Positions 37,851-52,039 of a stretch of DNA of 64,000 bases are shown piece by piece. This DNA comes from Eledone cirrhosa (lineage: Eukaryota), in the NCBI GenBank assembly GCA_964016885.1, contig OZ024742.1, positions 238,452,001-238,516,000 on the forward strand, given 5' to 3'. The notes beneath the pieces are model-generated. The model was not told the DNA's origin, made no database searches, and saw only the letters and a list, made by a program, of their open reading frames with translations. The position numbers and the translations under genes were made by a program. The number at the start of each line of letters is the position of its first letter. Position 1 is the first letter of the stretch.

Positions 37851-40800
37851 CTGCAAGAAAGTAGGATTTAAAATAATCAAGAATTTTGAGGGATTTCACA
37901 ATATAGCTAAGTTTCATTATTAAGCTGGTGTTTGAAACATAACTTAAAGGTTCTTACATAAAATTATGATGGAAGGTTTTTAGAAAAATATAAACACAAA
38001 CTTTTTTGTTCCCATATATCTAATGAATGTCAGTGATTTTCAAATAATTTTGAAATAATAAAAAATCTGGCTCTATGAAACAAACCCACCCATTTTAAAG
38101 GGTTCCTATTAAAATATACCAACAGAATTTTATATAAATACAATATGTTAAATTAATTGTTTAGTAATGAAGTAATTAGTAATGTTAGTAAAATCCTCAA
38201 AATCAATTAAGTGAAATAGATTGTATTCCATTCAAAATATGGTCATAAAATGGTTAAAAGAATTGAAGTGCGCATGCAATAAGGATTTTCATGAGTAGAA
38301 TGCCTTTGATCTGCTTAATCATGACCATCATGAGACTATGCAATAAAAACAACAGCCAATACTTTTGAAAATACAAAAACAAACTTGATACTCTATCATA
38401 CTAAACTCTTTACAAAGAAATTGGGTAATTTTGAATAATTGAAATATATTTGCTTTTGTTGTGAAAAGCCAATAAAATGTTCTATTTCCATGCTATTATC
38501 TATTTCTATTTCCAGGTTGTCACATTCTGAGGCTAGACTGGTCAGGTGATCCCATCTTACTCATATGGTGCAATTGAGGTTTGATTTCTACATCTGAATG
38601 TCTCTGGCACTAGCACTAGACAGGAGTAGACAGGATGCTTTTTTTTGTGGCAACAGCACTACTGCCATACAGTGAAGCCTAGGTGCTTTTATCATGGCAC
38701 CAGCACTACCAATTTACAGAGCGGGCTGGGTGAATTTTATCCTGGCACAGAGCATTGAGGAGGCATTGATGGGAGTAGGGGGATGATCATACCACTGTGG
38801 GAAAGAAAGTGTTGGATCATGTGGGTGGCCTAGAAACGAGCGAGTTGCATTTGGTGGTATATAATAACACATGTCTGGCTTTCCATACTGGCATGGGTTG
38901 GACAAGGAAACATTGGACAGAGACACAGAAAATGTTGAACAAGTTTGATTCCCGCAGGCACCTCTGTCCAAATTTTCCCATCTCCAAGGATAATTTACCA
39001 AACTTATTTGGCTAGTTCATAATTAGTATATGAATTGTGGCAGCTTTTCACAACAAAAGCAAATAAATTTCAATTACTAAGCAGTCACATCACTCATGAT
39101 CACTACTCGTCACATGGTTGGGTCATCGATGACTAAACTGGCAATTATACTAAGCTTGCTTGGTGAGAAAGGTGATTTTTGGACACCCTGCAGGATGAAA
39201 AACAAGAGTCAATAACCATCGAATGGTGTGAATAAAATAGGTAGACAAAGCTCATGAGCCTTGGTTGACAGTCTATCTAGAAGGAGGATCACATTGATTT
39301 TAAAACCAGGGTAGATGGGATACCTTGGTCACATTAGTGACAACCTTTCAAGTGGCCAACAGCTTCATCCTTTTTATCAAGGTGGATGAACTGCAGCTCA
39401 GTAGCCAGTTTCCAAGTGATGATCGGACAAGGATTCAGAACACACGATCATCATTTTTATCACATTGAGAATTAGGAACATACAGTATCATATAGGTGAG
39501 CATTGATGCAATTGTCCATGGTTCCCGGCACTCAACAGGGAGGATGGGAAGAAACCAAAGCCAAGTTGTACATCTTAAAGTGTTCATGTTTAAATTTAAA
39601 CCTTCCATTATGTAAGAACCTTTTAAGTTATGTTCTTTCTAGTATTGGTACAAGGCCAGCAATTTGGGGGAAAGGGGAAAGTTGATTATATCAACTCCAA
39701 TGCTTAACTAACTCTTTACTTTGTCGAACCTGGAAGGATAAAAGGCAAAGTTGACCATGGCAGGATTTGAACTCAAAACAGAAAGTTATAACTAAATACT
39801 GTAAAGCCTTTTGTCTGATGCTCTACCACTACTGCCAATCTACTGTCCTAAACACCAACTTAATAATAATATAGTTATATAACTGAATCCCTCTGAATTC
39901 CTTATTATTTGCAAAATGATTTTAAAATTACAGGCAGTATCTTTCATTAGAAATATGTAACCAAAGGGTTAATAATCACACAGACTTAATAAACACATGT
40001 ATGTGTGTTTATACAAGAGCACAAATGCTAAGTACATTCATACATTCAGTGGAAGTTGCTTAATATGCTGACTGAGACAGAACTAATATATTAATCCGTA
40101 CTGCTTTAATTGGTAATTCTTTCTCACTTATGCATACACATCATACATATATCCATACACATATACCTATATTCACATACAATAAACATATACCTACACA
40201 TCTTTTCATGCAAGCAGAATTAAATGAGCTCAAAGAGGATGAAAACACCCCCACCCCCACCTGCAAATATGCTCCAAGACCCATCACCAACACCACTACC
40301 ACCCCCAAAACCACAAGTAGCATATAAACAACCCTGTCACACACTTTTAGACCATCAAGGGAAGCCAGACACACCACAATATGGCCACCTTGTTGGTGCC
40401 ACAACAAAAGCACCCAGTCAACCATGTAAAGTGGTAGTGCCGGAGTCACAAGAAAATGCACCTAGTAAATGCTCTAAAGTTGCTGGCATTAGGAAGGACA
40501 TTAAGCCGTAGAAACTATGCTCCCAGTACACACTATAAAACTTTCAGCCATACAAACCATGTCAAAACAAAATATATTAGCAAGACCTAATCCCAACTGA
40601 TCTGGCCTCAGCATGTGACAGCTGTCAAATGCAAGTATGGAAAATTGATGTTAAACAGTAATGATGATGATACACATATATACTAATATGCATACATATA
40701 TACACATATATTTTATCAATACATACAAATATATACACATACTTCAATTTATTTTTTACTGTTTCATCAGTAACCCTCTTTTTGGCCTTCAAGATTTGCA

Positions 40801-41453
40801 AGCGAGAGGGCAAAAGGTATCCTTGAACCAAAGACCTGACCCAAATACTTACAACAGTCAAGCAGGTGTTGATTTTAAACTAGGTGGTGATAGATTAAGT
40901 CTACCACCCAACACATACATTTATCTATCCATACATACAAACATATATGCATGCATGCATATATATATACACACATGCCTATGTACACATACATATAGAT
41001 ACACACACACATACAGAAAATAACCTTACCCCTAAAAAAACAAAATAGTCACAGCCTTTGATCATAGGTTTGCTCAATGAAGGCTGACCTAGGGTTAAAC
41101 AAAACAAAACTGTTAGGTGGTGGGTTAGCTTCTTAGAATTGTTGAACCTCAGACAGAGCTGACAACTAGGTATTTAACGCTAAAAAATAGCCCTAAAATG
41201 TGCAGCCTGTTCTCCCAGTTATGTGTCCCATTCTCTAAAATAAAATAATTTCAACCTAGTTTGGTAAGTTGATGAACCTAGGTTTTGACACTTTTTGCTC
41301 TGATCACACAAAGAAAATTACTAAGCCTGCATTTTTTTTATCAGGTCATAACATCATACAATTCTTTGCCCTGCTCTGGATATGTCCACAATGCTGCTAT
41401 GTGTCAAAGATGTTTACTAATTTATTTATTGAATGCAGGAAATTAGTATATAT

Positions 41454-41681
41454 TTAACCCTTTAACATTTAAACCAGCCATATCTGGCCAGAATTCTCTA
41501 ACCTCTTTCTGTTCAAACCGGCTGTAACCGGTCGATTATACTGACATTAAGGTATTGTTCTCAAATTAAATAACATCAAAATCTCATAGATTCAATATCA
41601 TGAGATAATTATGTGAGGTAAAGCCATTACCACAAAAATTACAATAGTATATATAGAGTAATGTAAATGTTAAAGGGTTAA
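41454..41681. mobile_element. piggyBac-like MITE
   Basis: TTAA flanks; TIR CCCTTTAACATTTA / TAAATGTTAAAGGG; inverted sibling at 60749-60971. Confidence 0.82.
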
Positions 41682-42654
41682 GTTAATTATACAAATCAGT
41701 ATAAAACTGTGATCCTTTAATGCACCACTCTGAAGTCTGTACTCTTGGTAGCTGTCTATTTGGCCTTAATGGTAGCACCCGCATTCACCACAGATAAACT
41801 CAGACCTTGTTGACCTGTGACCAAAGTGAGTCCACTTATGACCTCCTTACATAGGCATTAGGTCAAAGATTTTGTTGCAATCAATTCAATCAACTCTAGT
41901 ATTGAAAGTGAAAGCAGCATGGATGAATGGTTAAGAAGTTTATTTCACAATCATAATGCCCCAGGTTCCATCCCACAGCAGGGCAACTCAGCTATGAGTC
42001 ATTTACCATAGCCTCAGGTTGACACAAGCCTTCTAAAGGAAACCGAGTTGACAGAAACTGCTAGGAAGCCCAAAAGATGGATTGTATATGTAATTAAAAA
42101 AGCCAACATTATCACACACTTTATCATGCTTGATCTCCCTGAAAATTACATTAAAGATACACGTGTCTGTAGAATATTCAGCCACTTACATGTTAATTTC
42201 CCAAGCAGACTGTTCCAGCATTGACACACAGACTGTTCCAGCATTGACACACAGACTGTTCCAGCATTGTCACACACAGTGTCATGCTAAATTTCCCTGA
42301 GAATTATATTAAGGATGCACATGTCTTGGGATACTTACACATTAATTTCATAAGTAGGCTGTTCCACTGATCACACAAATGGAACATTGTCAAAACTGAT
42401 AGAAGTTTCCAGTATTGAAATGAAAGACAAAAATTGATTCTAGTATCATTTGAACACAGACTGTAAAACACTGTAAATCAACACCAGTAATCAACTGGTG
42501 CTTTATTTTAACGACCCTCGAAGGATGAAAAGCAAAGTTGACCTTGATGGGATTTGAACTCAGAATGTAAACAGCCATAATAAATGCTGCAAAGCATTTG
42601 TCCTGCACTCCGATGATTCTGCCAATCTATTTCCCTTACAACATTAATAATTGT

Positions 42655-43510
42655 TTCTAACAAAAGTATTGATAAGTAGAAAAGAGGACAAGACTCTGAT
42701 TCCATCAAGGAAATGGCCATGCTCAATATGTAGAAAAGGAGTTGGCATAAACCCTATAAGATGTACACAATGCAAATCTTGAGTACACAAGAAGTGTAGT
42801 GGGATAGCAAGCAAACTAACAGGAAAGGAAAACTTCACATGTAGTAGAGGTTCAGGGAAAATTGATAGTAGAAGTGTCAGTGATAGGCACATTTTTCAAA
42901 TGTCAATATCTAGGTGATCAAATTAGCAAGGGAGGAGGATGCTCCGGGATCATAGTATCTAGAATAAGGATAGGATAAAAGAAGTTTAGGGAGCTGCTTC
43001 CTCTGTTGACAATGAGGGGTTTCTCCCTACAAATGAAAGGTTGGTTATATGATGCCTGTGTGAGATGCATGATGCTGCATGGTAGTAAGAAAGAGCAGCA
43101 ACTACGAATGATATGCAAAGGCTGGAGAGAAATGAAACAAGCATGCTCCGATGGATGTGCAATGTCAATGTGCGTGAAAGACCAAGCATGGACAAGTTAA
43201 GAGAGAAACTGTGTATAACAGGAAAAAACTGTAGTGTGCAGGAGAGAAGACTGTGTTGGTATGGCCATGTGATGCACATGGATGATGACCACTGGGTGAA
43301 GAAGTGCCCAGTAATCTCAGTGGAAGGAAGACACAGTAGAAGAAGACCACGGAAAACATGGGCAGAGGTGGTGAGAGCTGACATCAGATCGCTGAAGCTC
43401 ACAGAGGGAATGGCAAAGGACCATAACAAATTGAGAGATGCTGTACTAAAGAGGACTCATCCCACCTTTGCAAGCAAGGAAAAGTGGACGTGAAATGATG
43501 ATGATGATGA
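42655..43510 (+). mobile_element. RTE LINE 3' fragment with (GAT)n tail
   Basis: RLERNETSMLRWMC...RRLCWYGHV...GRHSRRRPRKTW; ends tgatgatgatgat. Confidence 0.88.
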
Positions 43511-44683
43511 TAATTATGATGAAAGGCATGAGGCCAGCAATTTGTGGGGAAACTGATTAAATCAACCCCAGTACTTTACTGCAACTTTATTTTATCAACC
43601 CATTTTATCCAACACCTTAACGATTCTGCCCTCCTTACAACATTAAAAATTGTTTCTAATTTCTTTTGGGAGGAGGTTATAGTCAATAAACTCAACCTCA
43701 GATCGTGACTGGTACTTTCAAAGTTGACCAAAGGGGAATTCAGACTCAAAATATAAAGGCTGTGCTAACTAAATACAGCAACATCTTTTATCAGATGCTC
43801 CTCTGATTCTGCCATTCACTGCTTCATAATAATCAGTAATATGATATAGAAAGCAGCGTCTAGCATTCGCTACACTTGTGTATGTATATGTATAGCAAAT
43901 TGGCTACACACATTGGCTGTTATGATTATGTGAGTGTCTGTATGTGTGTTTTTGAAAATTATATTTATATGTAATATTTGTGTGAGTGTGTATGTGTTTG
44001 TTGTTTATTTAGCAATATACATAGACAATAGAATTACAAACACACAAATCTACACATACATATATATAAACAGACACACTTAGAAAAAATAATTATTATA
44101 TCCATCTATGTGACGACTGAGGAAGGAAGGGGGTGGTGTTTGTATGAATGTATGTCTGTGTTTGTGTTAGTATATGTATGAGTGTGTTTGCATGTTTATA
44201 TTTATATACTCATACATAGTGTATGTAATAATTATTTGTGTTTGTGTGAATATCTATGTGTGAGAGTGTATGTGTGAGAGTGTATGTGTGTTGCAGGGTA
44301 TATATACAAATAAACATTTACCCTTAACTTACCAGTTCATACCTGTGCCTAATATATCTATATTAAGAAATTTATTAAATATACATTTATTACTTGCACA
44401 AAGAAGCGCCTTAATAATATGGATTTATTCTTTCTACACCAAGAGAGACGGTTGCAAGTTGCTCGAGAAAGGATGCACAGATACAGAGCATGGATCAGAC
44501 AGGAACAGCAAGAAGAAATAATAGAAAGAGAAAAAAGACAACAAAGACATGAGGAAATGAAGGAAGAACAGAGGCATATCGTTTTAGAACAAGCTAGACT
44601 AAGACAACAGAAAAGAAGAGAAAATATGCTTCAAGATAAACATCAATAATATCTGGAGAAACAAAGAGAACAAGAAAGAAGAG

Positions 44684-44876
44684 ATAATTGTTTCTACTTT
44701 TGGCACAAGGCCAGCAATTATCCCAGTGTATTACTGGTGTACTTTATTTTATCGACCCCATAAGGATGAAAGGCAAAGTTAACCTCGACGGGATTTGAAC
44801 TCAGATCATAAAGGGCGGTAACTCTTTGCTGCAAAGCATGGCGTCCAACCCTCTACCGATACTGCAAATCCATCGG
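44684..44876 (-). mobile_element. SINE family A inserted in the Helitron
   Basis: Family match. Confidence 0.88.
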
Positions 44877-46571
44877 CAGTAAGAAAGCAGCTGAGAGATG
44901 CATATATACTTAGAATAGAAAACATTAATGCTGAAGAACTGCTCAGTTTCAGAAAGAATAGAATGCACAGTGAGTGACATAGAAGAAATTGCCCAGCAAT
45001 TAATATTAATGACAATGTAGAAGAATTTCATATTGGGGATATGAATGTTTTATGCAATCACTGTTGAGCTTTGAAATTTAGAAATGAAAATTATAACTGT
45101 CGTAATAAGAGAAAAGTTGTGCTTCCTCCATTGCAAATATACCCCAAGAGACTGAGAAATCTCTTTGAAGGAGGCCAGGAAGCAGTTGCATTTCACAGGA
45201 ACATCCACAATTACAACTGTGCATTTTCTTTCGCTTCATTTGGTGTTAAACCTGCCTTACCACCTGGCAGAGGCCCGTGTTGCATTCGTATTCAGGGTCA
45301 AATATATCACTATACGACACCTCTGTACCTTACAGAATATACACCACAATATGGCCAGCTATATATTATTAACACAAATGAAGCCGTGCAGCACAGATTG
45401 GAAGCATTGCAAAATAATGACTTCTCACCACAAACAGTGACTATGATAAGTGAGGTGGTGCATGAATGTAATCCATATGTTGAAGTATACAAAACAATGC
45501 ATGCCATAGAACATGAAGAGCAGCAAAGAGTAAGAAGAAAAAAATCATCCCATACAGAACTGTGAATTAAGATTTACAAGAGGTTGGTGTTAGGAAGGTG
45601 GTGTTAGAAATGAGGTTGGTGTTAGGAAGGGCATCCAGCTGTAAAAATCAAGCCAAAATCAGTTCCCGTCCCACCCTTGCAAGCAGGGAAAAGCGGACGT
45701 AAAATGAAATGAAATGAAATGATGAAGAGGATCAGATATCATATACTACAATTTACCAACAAGCAATGAAATAGCTGTTATCTTTGTGGGGATAGATGGT
45801 GCACCCCCTATACACCGAGATATTGTCTTCTACCCTTAATACCAAATACTTCATGCCACTTAGACCCCATGACCTACCCTTTATCATTTCCACATGGTGA
45901 ATTTGGGAGGCATAGTGGCATGCAGCATGTGAAGGAACATAGGATTGCATCAGCAATAGACTGACAATGCAGGAGTACTACAGATACTATATAGCATATA
46001 TAGGAGGATTTAGTGTGATACATAGGACAGGCAAATTATTTCAGCAGTATGTAGTGGATGCCTATGTGAAAGCAAAGGGATGCAGGCTTCAATACTTGAG
46101 GAACAATGAAACCCAACTGTGAGTGAATGAGGGCAATGAATTAATGGATTATCTAAAGAGAGGAGCAGATGGTAACACTGAGCCAAGGGTACCAGTTATT
46201 TTGCCATCATCCTTCACTGGCAGCCCAGTACCTTTAGGATGTTATGACAATTGTTGCTAAATATGGCAAACCAGATATTTTTATAACTTATACATGCAAC
46301 CCTAAATGCCCTGATATTCAAAATGAAGCAGTAGAAAACAGACCAGATTTAGTTACCCGTGATTTTAAGGCTCAGCTTTCTGAAATGATGAAAGATATCA
46401 AAAAAACACGTATTCTTGGCATTGAGTTCCAAAAAAGAAGACTTTTTCATTGACATATGTTGGTCATCTTAAGAAACAAAGACAAGATAAGAAACAGAGA
46501 AGACATTGACAGAATCGTGTCAGTAAAAATACCTGCATTGGAAGATGATCCAGTACCACATGAGCAGGTTA

Positions 46572-47940
46572 AAAAGTTTATGGTTCTGGAAACCCTCTTT
46601 CCTGATGTATTCAAAAATGATTTTGCTAAAAGAACTATCCAAAAACCTACCTCTGCCACTACTACCACTAAAACTACAGCTCCTTCTCACACTACATCTA
46701 AGACTACCACCATTTGTAAAAAACACCAGCAAGAAATTCCAAACATGGAAGCAGGGCCTAGAAAGAAGGGGTCTCAAAGTCAACATGACAAAGACTAAGG
46801 TCCTAGTAAGTAGAAGAGAAAACAGAACCCAGATCCCCTCAGGGAAATGGCCTTGCTCAGTATGTAGGAACAGTGTAGGTAGAAATTCCATCCTCTGCCC
46901 CAAATGCAAACTATGGGTACCCAAGAGATGTAGTGGGATCTCAAGAAGTTTAGCTAAGAATATAGGCTTTACATGTAGCAGTTGCACTGGAACAGTGAGC
47001 AGCAAGCGACCACAGGAAACAAGCACTACCAAACTCTGGGAGGGCTCAGTAGAAACAGTAGACAGCTTCTGCTACCTAGGTGACTGAATTAGCAGTGGAG
47101 GTGGGTGTTCTGAAAGTACAGTCACCAGGGTAAGAACAGGAGGGAAGAAGTTCAGAGATCTACAACCACTGCTAGCTGCAAAAGGTTTTTCCCTCAAAAT
47201 GAAAGGCAGACTGTATGATGCGTGCATTAGGAACAGCAATGTTGCATGGTAGTGAGACCTGGGCATTGTGTGCAGAAGACTTGCGTAGATTAGAAAGAAA
47301 TGAAGCTTGCATACTCTAATGGATGTCTAATAGAAATATGCATGAACAGCAAATTATAAATGAATTGAGAGAGACTAAGCATAAGAGGAATCAAATGCTG
47401 TGTGCAGGAGAGATTACATTGGTATGGACATTTGATGCATATGAAGGAGGTCAGCTGCATAAAAAGGTGCAGAGTGTCAATAGAAGCCTTGGAGTGGGGA
47501 TACCCAAGATGACCTGGGATGACGTGATAAAAGTGGATCTTGCTTAATTGCACCAATCAAAGGCGATGACAGAGGACTAAGCCCTCTGGACTTATGCAGT
47601 AATACAGAAGACCCAACTGCCCACAGGTACAAGCCAAAGCTCAAGCATATAGACAGTATGCACCCACTCCCTCCCATTGTAAAGTGGTTGTGTAAGTGTC
47701 ACGACAAAAAAGCACCCAGTCCACACTGTAAAATGGTTGTATAGGTGCCACAGTAAAAAGCACCTAGTACTCACTGTAAATGAGGTTGGTGTTAGGAAAG
47801 GCATCCAGCTGTAGAAATCAAGCCAAAATCAGTTCTGTATGAGCAAGACATAGTCACCTGACCTGGTATTGCCCACAACAAGACAAACTATCTAACCCAT
47901 GCTAGCATGGAAGAAATGACGTAAAACAGTGATGCTGATG
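46572..47940 (+). mobile_element. RTE LINE 3' portion with SINE-B-like tail, inserted in the Helitron Rep domain
   Basis: WKQGLERRGLKVNMTKTKVL, KWPCSVC...SILCPKCKLWV, VDSFCYLGD, LHGSETW; Helitron homology resumes near 47945. Confidence 0.85.
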
Positions 47941-50539
47941 ATAAATACAAGCAGTTCAAGACAGGAACTAGAGTGCAAATTGGACGACATTCAGTAGATA
48001 ATAGGAATGTTGTGCCATTTAATGCTGTTTTGCTTAAGAAATATTGTGCACATATTAATGTTGAAGTTTGCTCTTCTGTAAAAAGTGTCAAGTACCTCTT
48101 TAAATATATTTACAAGGGGCATGACTGTGCATCTATAGAAGTAATGAATAATGCGTTACCTAATGATGCTCAGAACCAACACAACCATGATGAAATAAGA
48201 AACTATCTCAGTTGCAGGTATGTGTCTCCGCCAGAAGCAGTGTGGCATCTCTCTGAATTTAAGCTTCATGGTACATCGCATACAGTGTACAGGCTAGCCA
48301 TACACCTGGAGAACAAACATAGAATTAACTTTCAAAGATGCAATGCTCAGGTTGTGGTAAAAATGCAGGGACACCGAGACACAATCCTTACTAGCTGGTT
48401 CAAGCTAAATGAAGAAGACAAAAATGCAAGCAAATACATATATTCAGAAATTTCAGAACACTATGTGTTCAATGAAACCAAAAGAAAATGGATGCCAAGA
48501 AGGGACAATAATATCATTAGTAGAATGTACACAGTCAGCGTTATTGAAAATTTTTATTTAAGGGTATTGCTACTTCACGTGTTTGAAGAACTACGCACAG
48601 TGGAGGGAGAAACATCTCCAACCTTTAAGTAAATACATATATTCAGAAATTTCAGAACACTATGTGTTCAATGAAACCAAAAGAAAATGAATGCCAAGAA
48701 GGGACAATAATATCATTAGTAGAATGTACACAGTCAGCAACCATGATGAAATAAGAAACTATCTCGGTTGCAGGTATGTGTCTCTGCCAGAAGCAGTGTG
48801 GCATCTCTCTGAATTTAAGCTTCATGGTACATCGCATACAGTGTACAGGCTAGCCATACACCTGAAGAACAAACATAGAATTAACTTTCAAAGATGCAAT
48901 GCTCAGGTTGTGGTAAAAATGCAGGGACACTGAGACATAATCCTTACTAGCTGGTTCAAGCTAAATGAAGAAGACAAAAATGCAAGCAAATACATATATT
49001 CAGAAATTTCAGAACACTATGTGTTCAATGAAACCAAAAGAAAATGGATGCCAAGAAGGGACAATAATATCATTAATAGAATGTACACAGTCAGTGTTAT
49101 TGAAAATTTTTATTTAAGAGTATTGCTACTTCACGTGTTTGAAGAACTACGCACAGTGGAGGGAGAAACATCTCCAACCTTCAAAGAGGCCTTGATTTTA
49201 TTAAAAATGATGACTATTTAAGCCAAGCGCTTCAGGAAGCTGCTACCCACCACATGCCAACACAACCTCGTATGATGTTCACTGCTCTGTGCATTTATTC
49301 TGTGCCAGCCAATGCACTGCAATTATGGAACTCTCATAAGGAGTCAATGTCAATGATTGAGGACTATTTGCATCAAGGAATGGATGGTCAGCAAGCTGAA
49401 AATATGGCACTTGGTTACATTAACAGAATATTGATTGAAAATGGTACCAACTGCGCAAGACTGGGCCTACTTCAGCCCATTGAGATGCTTCAACCTGATC
49501 CTCAAGTTGACATCAACGACCCTGATATTGATTCTATTATTGAAGAGCAACAAATGATTGCTGATGCTGTAATTGATGCTATTCAACAGAAAAGAAAAGG
49601 TGAAAGGCTTGCACATACCTGCTTCTATGCAGATGCACTTGAAGGTTGTGGCAAAACATACCTGTTTAATACACTGATTTTTCACCTCCAGATGAATAAC
49701 TATCAGGTATGTTGAAGTGCTTGGACCAGTATAGCATCTACACTGCTGCTTGGAGGTAGAACTGTGCACAATTTATTCAAACTACCTGTTCCACAAACAG
49801 AGACCAGTGTATGTAATGTGTTTGGCTCATCTGACCATGCCAATTACTTTCGGAACCTGGATCTCATAATACAGGACGAGGCTTCTATGATTCCTTCTTA
49901 TTCAATTAATGCCATCTACAAGTACCTTCAAGACATCACTGATGTCAATGAAATGTTTTGAGGAAAGGTTTTGCTTTTGGGAGGTGACTTCAGGCAACTG
50001 CTGCCAATATCATCAAGGAGTACCCGTGAAAACTCACATCTGTGGCACTTCTTTCAACATTTTAGATTAAGCAATAATATCAGAGGAAAGAGAAGATCAG
50101 ATAGAGTTTGCGAAGTGGCTGCTACATCTTGGTAATGGAACAACACCTCCAATTGAAGGACTGAATATGAATGACAATGATGTTCAAGTGCCTCCATTAT
50201 CATGTGTAAATGACACTTTGGTGAAACACATTTTCAGCGATACAATGCAATAACAGAAAAGAACGCGAGTAATTTTATCTTCCAAGAATGCTGATTTCCT
50301 ATTAATCAATGAAGAGGTTCTCAGACAAGTCCCTGGTAACAGCCATAATTATTACAGTACAGATAGAGTGGTCGCTAATGAGCCTATAGAGGCAGACAGA
50401 TATTCTACTGAATTTCTGAACTCACACCTTCTGGTATGCCTGAGCCATATCGTTTTAGAGCAAGGTAGACTAAGACAACAGAAGAGAACAGATAATATGC
50501 AACTAGAAAAACTTCTCTTAAATAGCTCCTTTTAATTTG

Positions 50540-50697
50540 TTATGCCCCTTTACGTTCTGAGTTCAAATCACACCGAGGTTTGACTTTCATCCTAACGGGG
50601 TCGATAAAATAAAGCACCAGTAATGCACTGGGATCAATTTCATCGACTTTCCCCTACCCCAAATTGCTGGTCTTGTGCAAAAATCTAAAACCATTAT
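50540..50697 (+). mobile_element. SINE family A-related copy
   Basis: ctgagttcaaatc...ggggtcgataaaataaagcaccagtaatgcactggg...tggtcttgtgc. Confidence 0.75.
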
Positions 50698-51711
50698 TTC
50701 ATAGATACTGAACCCCTGGAAAAGCTTGTGTAGGATGCTGTCGATAGTCACGTTTTAACATATTCATTACCGTATTATATTTTTTCAATCATATCGAAAA
50801 TAATCATAAATTTTTAAGGATTAATATAGCTTTCTCATTAAGTATCTGATGTTTGGAGCATAACGTCAAAGGGCTTTACATAAAATTATGATGGGGGGGG
50901 GGGGGGTTAGATAAATATAAACACTTCAAAACAAATAGCTTAATATCGTAGAACAGGGGACGGTTTCATCAAAAGTGTTCGAGATATGAACTTCAAACGT
51001 CACTGGTTTATTATTAGAATTGTTTTCTAAATCCAAAAATGATGTCTCTTTTCGAGTGCTATGTTGACTGTTAGACAAGACACTTCATCCTATTTATCCA
51101 AGTGCCAAGGGTTCATAACTAGATAGGGATTTGTGATTATATTATTGAATTATTTACGTATGACAAATGAAGCAAACATTGATATGTAATATGCTGCACT
51201 ATGGCTGTTCTGATATCTCATCGTCTTGAAAGATAAACATTATTACTGTTGAGCTAACCAAAAGTCCTTCACCTATGTGTTTACTTTACCAACTAGAAAC
51301 TAGTCAAATTTAACTAAAATCACTTTACTGTCTTTTTTTAAGGGGTAAAGGCCACAATGGATATAATGTATTTCTAATAAAAAAGAAGGGATGTTTCCAA
51401 TCATAACTCCACGGCTAAACTATTATAATAATAACAATGAAATAATCATAATACAATAGTAGACAAAGACTCAAATAAATAGGGGAGACAGAAACTGAGA
51501 TGTTGTGACAGTTATACGTTACCAACAATATATGTAATAAAAACACTTTTATGTATGTAAAATAATACCTAAACAAGTTTTTGGCTGAAACATATTATCG
51601 GCGTATAAAGAAAACAAAAATGTAGATTTTAGCACCGAAGTTTATGACTACGGTTTCTTGTATTAATCAAAGTTAACGTCATAAAACTCTATTGTTGTTC
51701 TGGAATATTAC

Positions 51712-51819
51712 CTTTCCCGATGCTGTTCCTCCAGCAATGCCAATCATAAACGGTTTATTCGGTCGTATCATAGAAAAGCTTGTTTTTCTGTCTGTCTCTG
51801 TGTCTTCTTCAGAAGCCAT
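51712..51819 (-). CDS. UCK2: Uridine-cytidine kinase, coding exon 1 (MASEEDTETDRKTSFSMIRPNKPFMIGIAGGTASGK)
   Basis: Hand translation from ATG at 51819; P-loop GIAGGTASGK; donor AAG|gtaata; 108 nt, phase 0. The symbol denotes the UCK1/UCK2 family. Confidence 0.93.
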
Positions 51820-52039
51820 GATCGCTGCTTTGCCACTACGTCGTAGTTACTTCAAAGGTAGATAACTCGATCTTTTTTATGTCACAGTGCTCTCCCCGGT
51901 ATGAAGGTTTTGGACAGATTTTATCTGAAGTTAATAATATAAATGAAAACAAAAATAATCTATTTCACATAATTGTGCAAACAAATAAACACAATTAATA
52001 TAAATAAATAAAAGAGAGAGAGGGGAGGATTTGGCTGAA

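Larger units (their letters stand above)
44400..50500 (+). mobile_element. Decayed autonomous Helitron (RepHel) in UCK intron 1, with nested insertions and an internal duplication; termini not identified
   Basis: YNCAFSFASFG, IQGQIYH, YGQLYI, LFQQYVVDAY, YGKPDIFITYTCNPK, IEFQKRR.FH.H (HUH), AHINVEVC, KYLFKYIYKGHD; PIF1 motifs GCGKTYLFN, IQDEASM, LGGDFRQLLP. Confidence 0.92.

Noticed and set aside
49500-50440. Host PIF1 helicase gene
   Set aside because: Collinear with Helitron Rep motifs, intronless and full of stops; it is the Helitron helicase.
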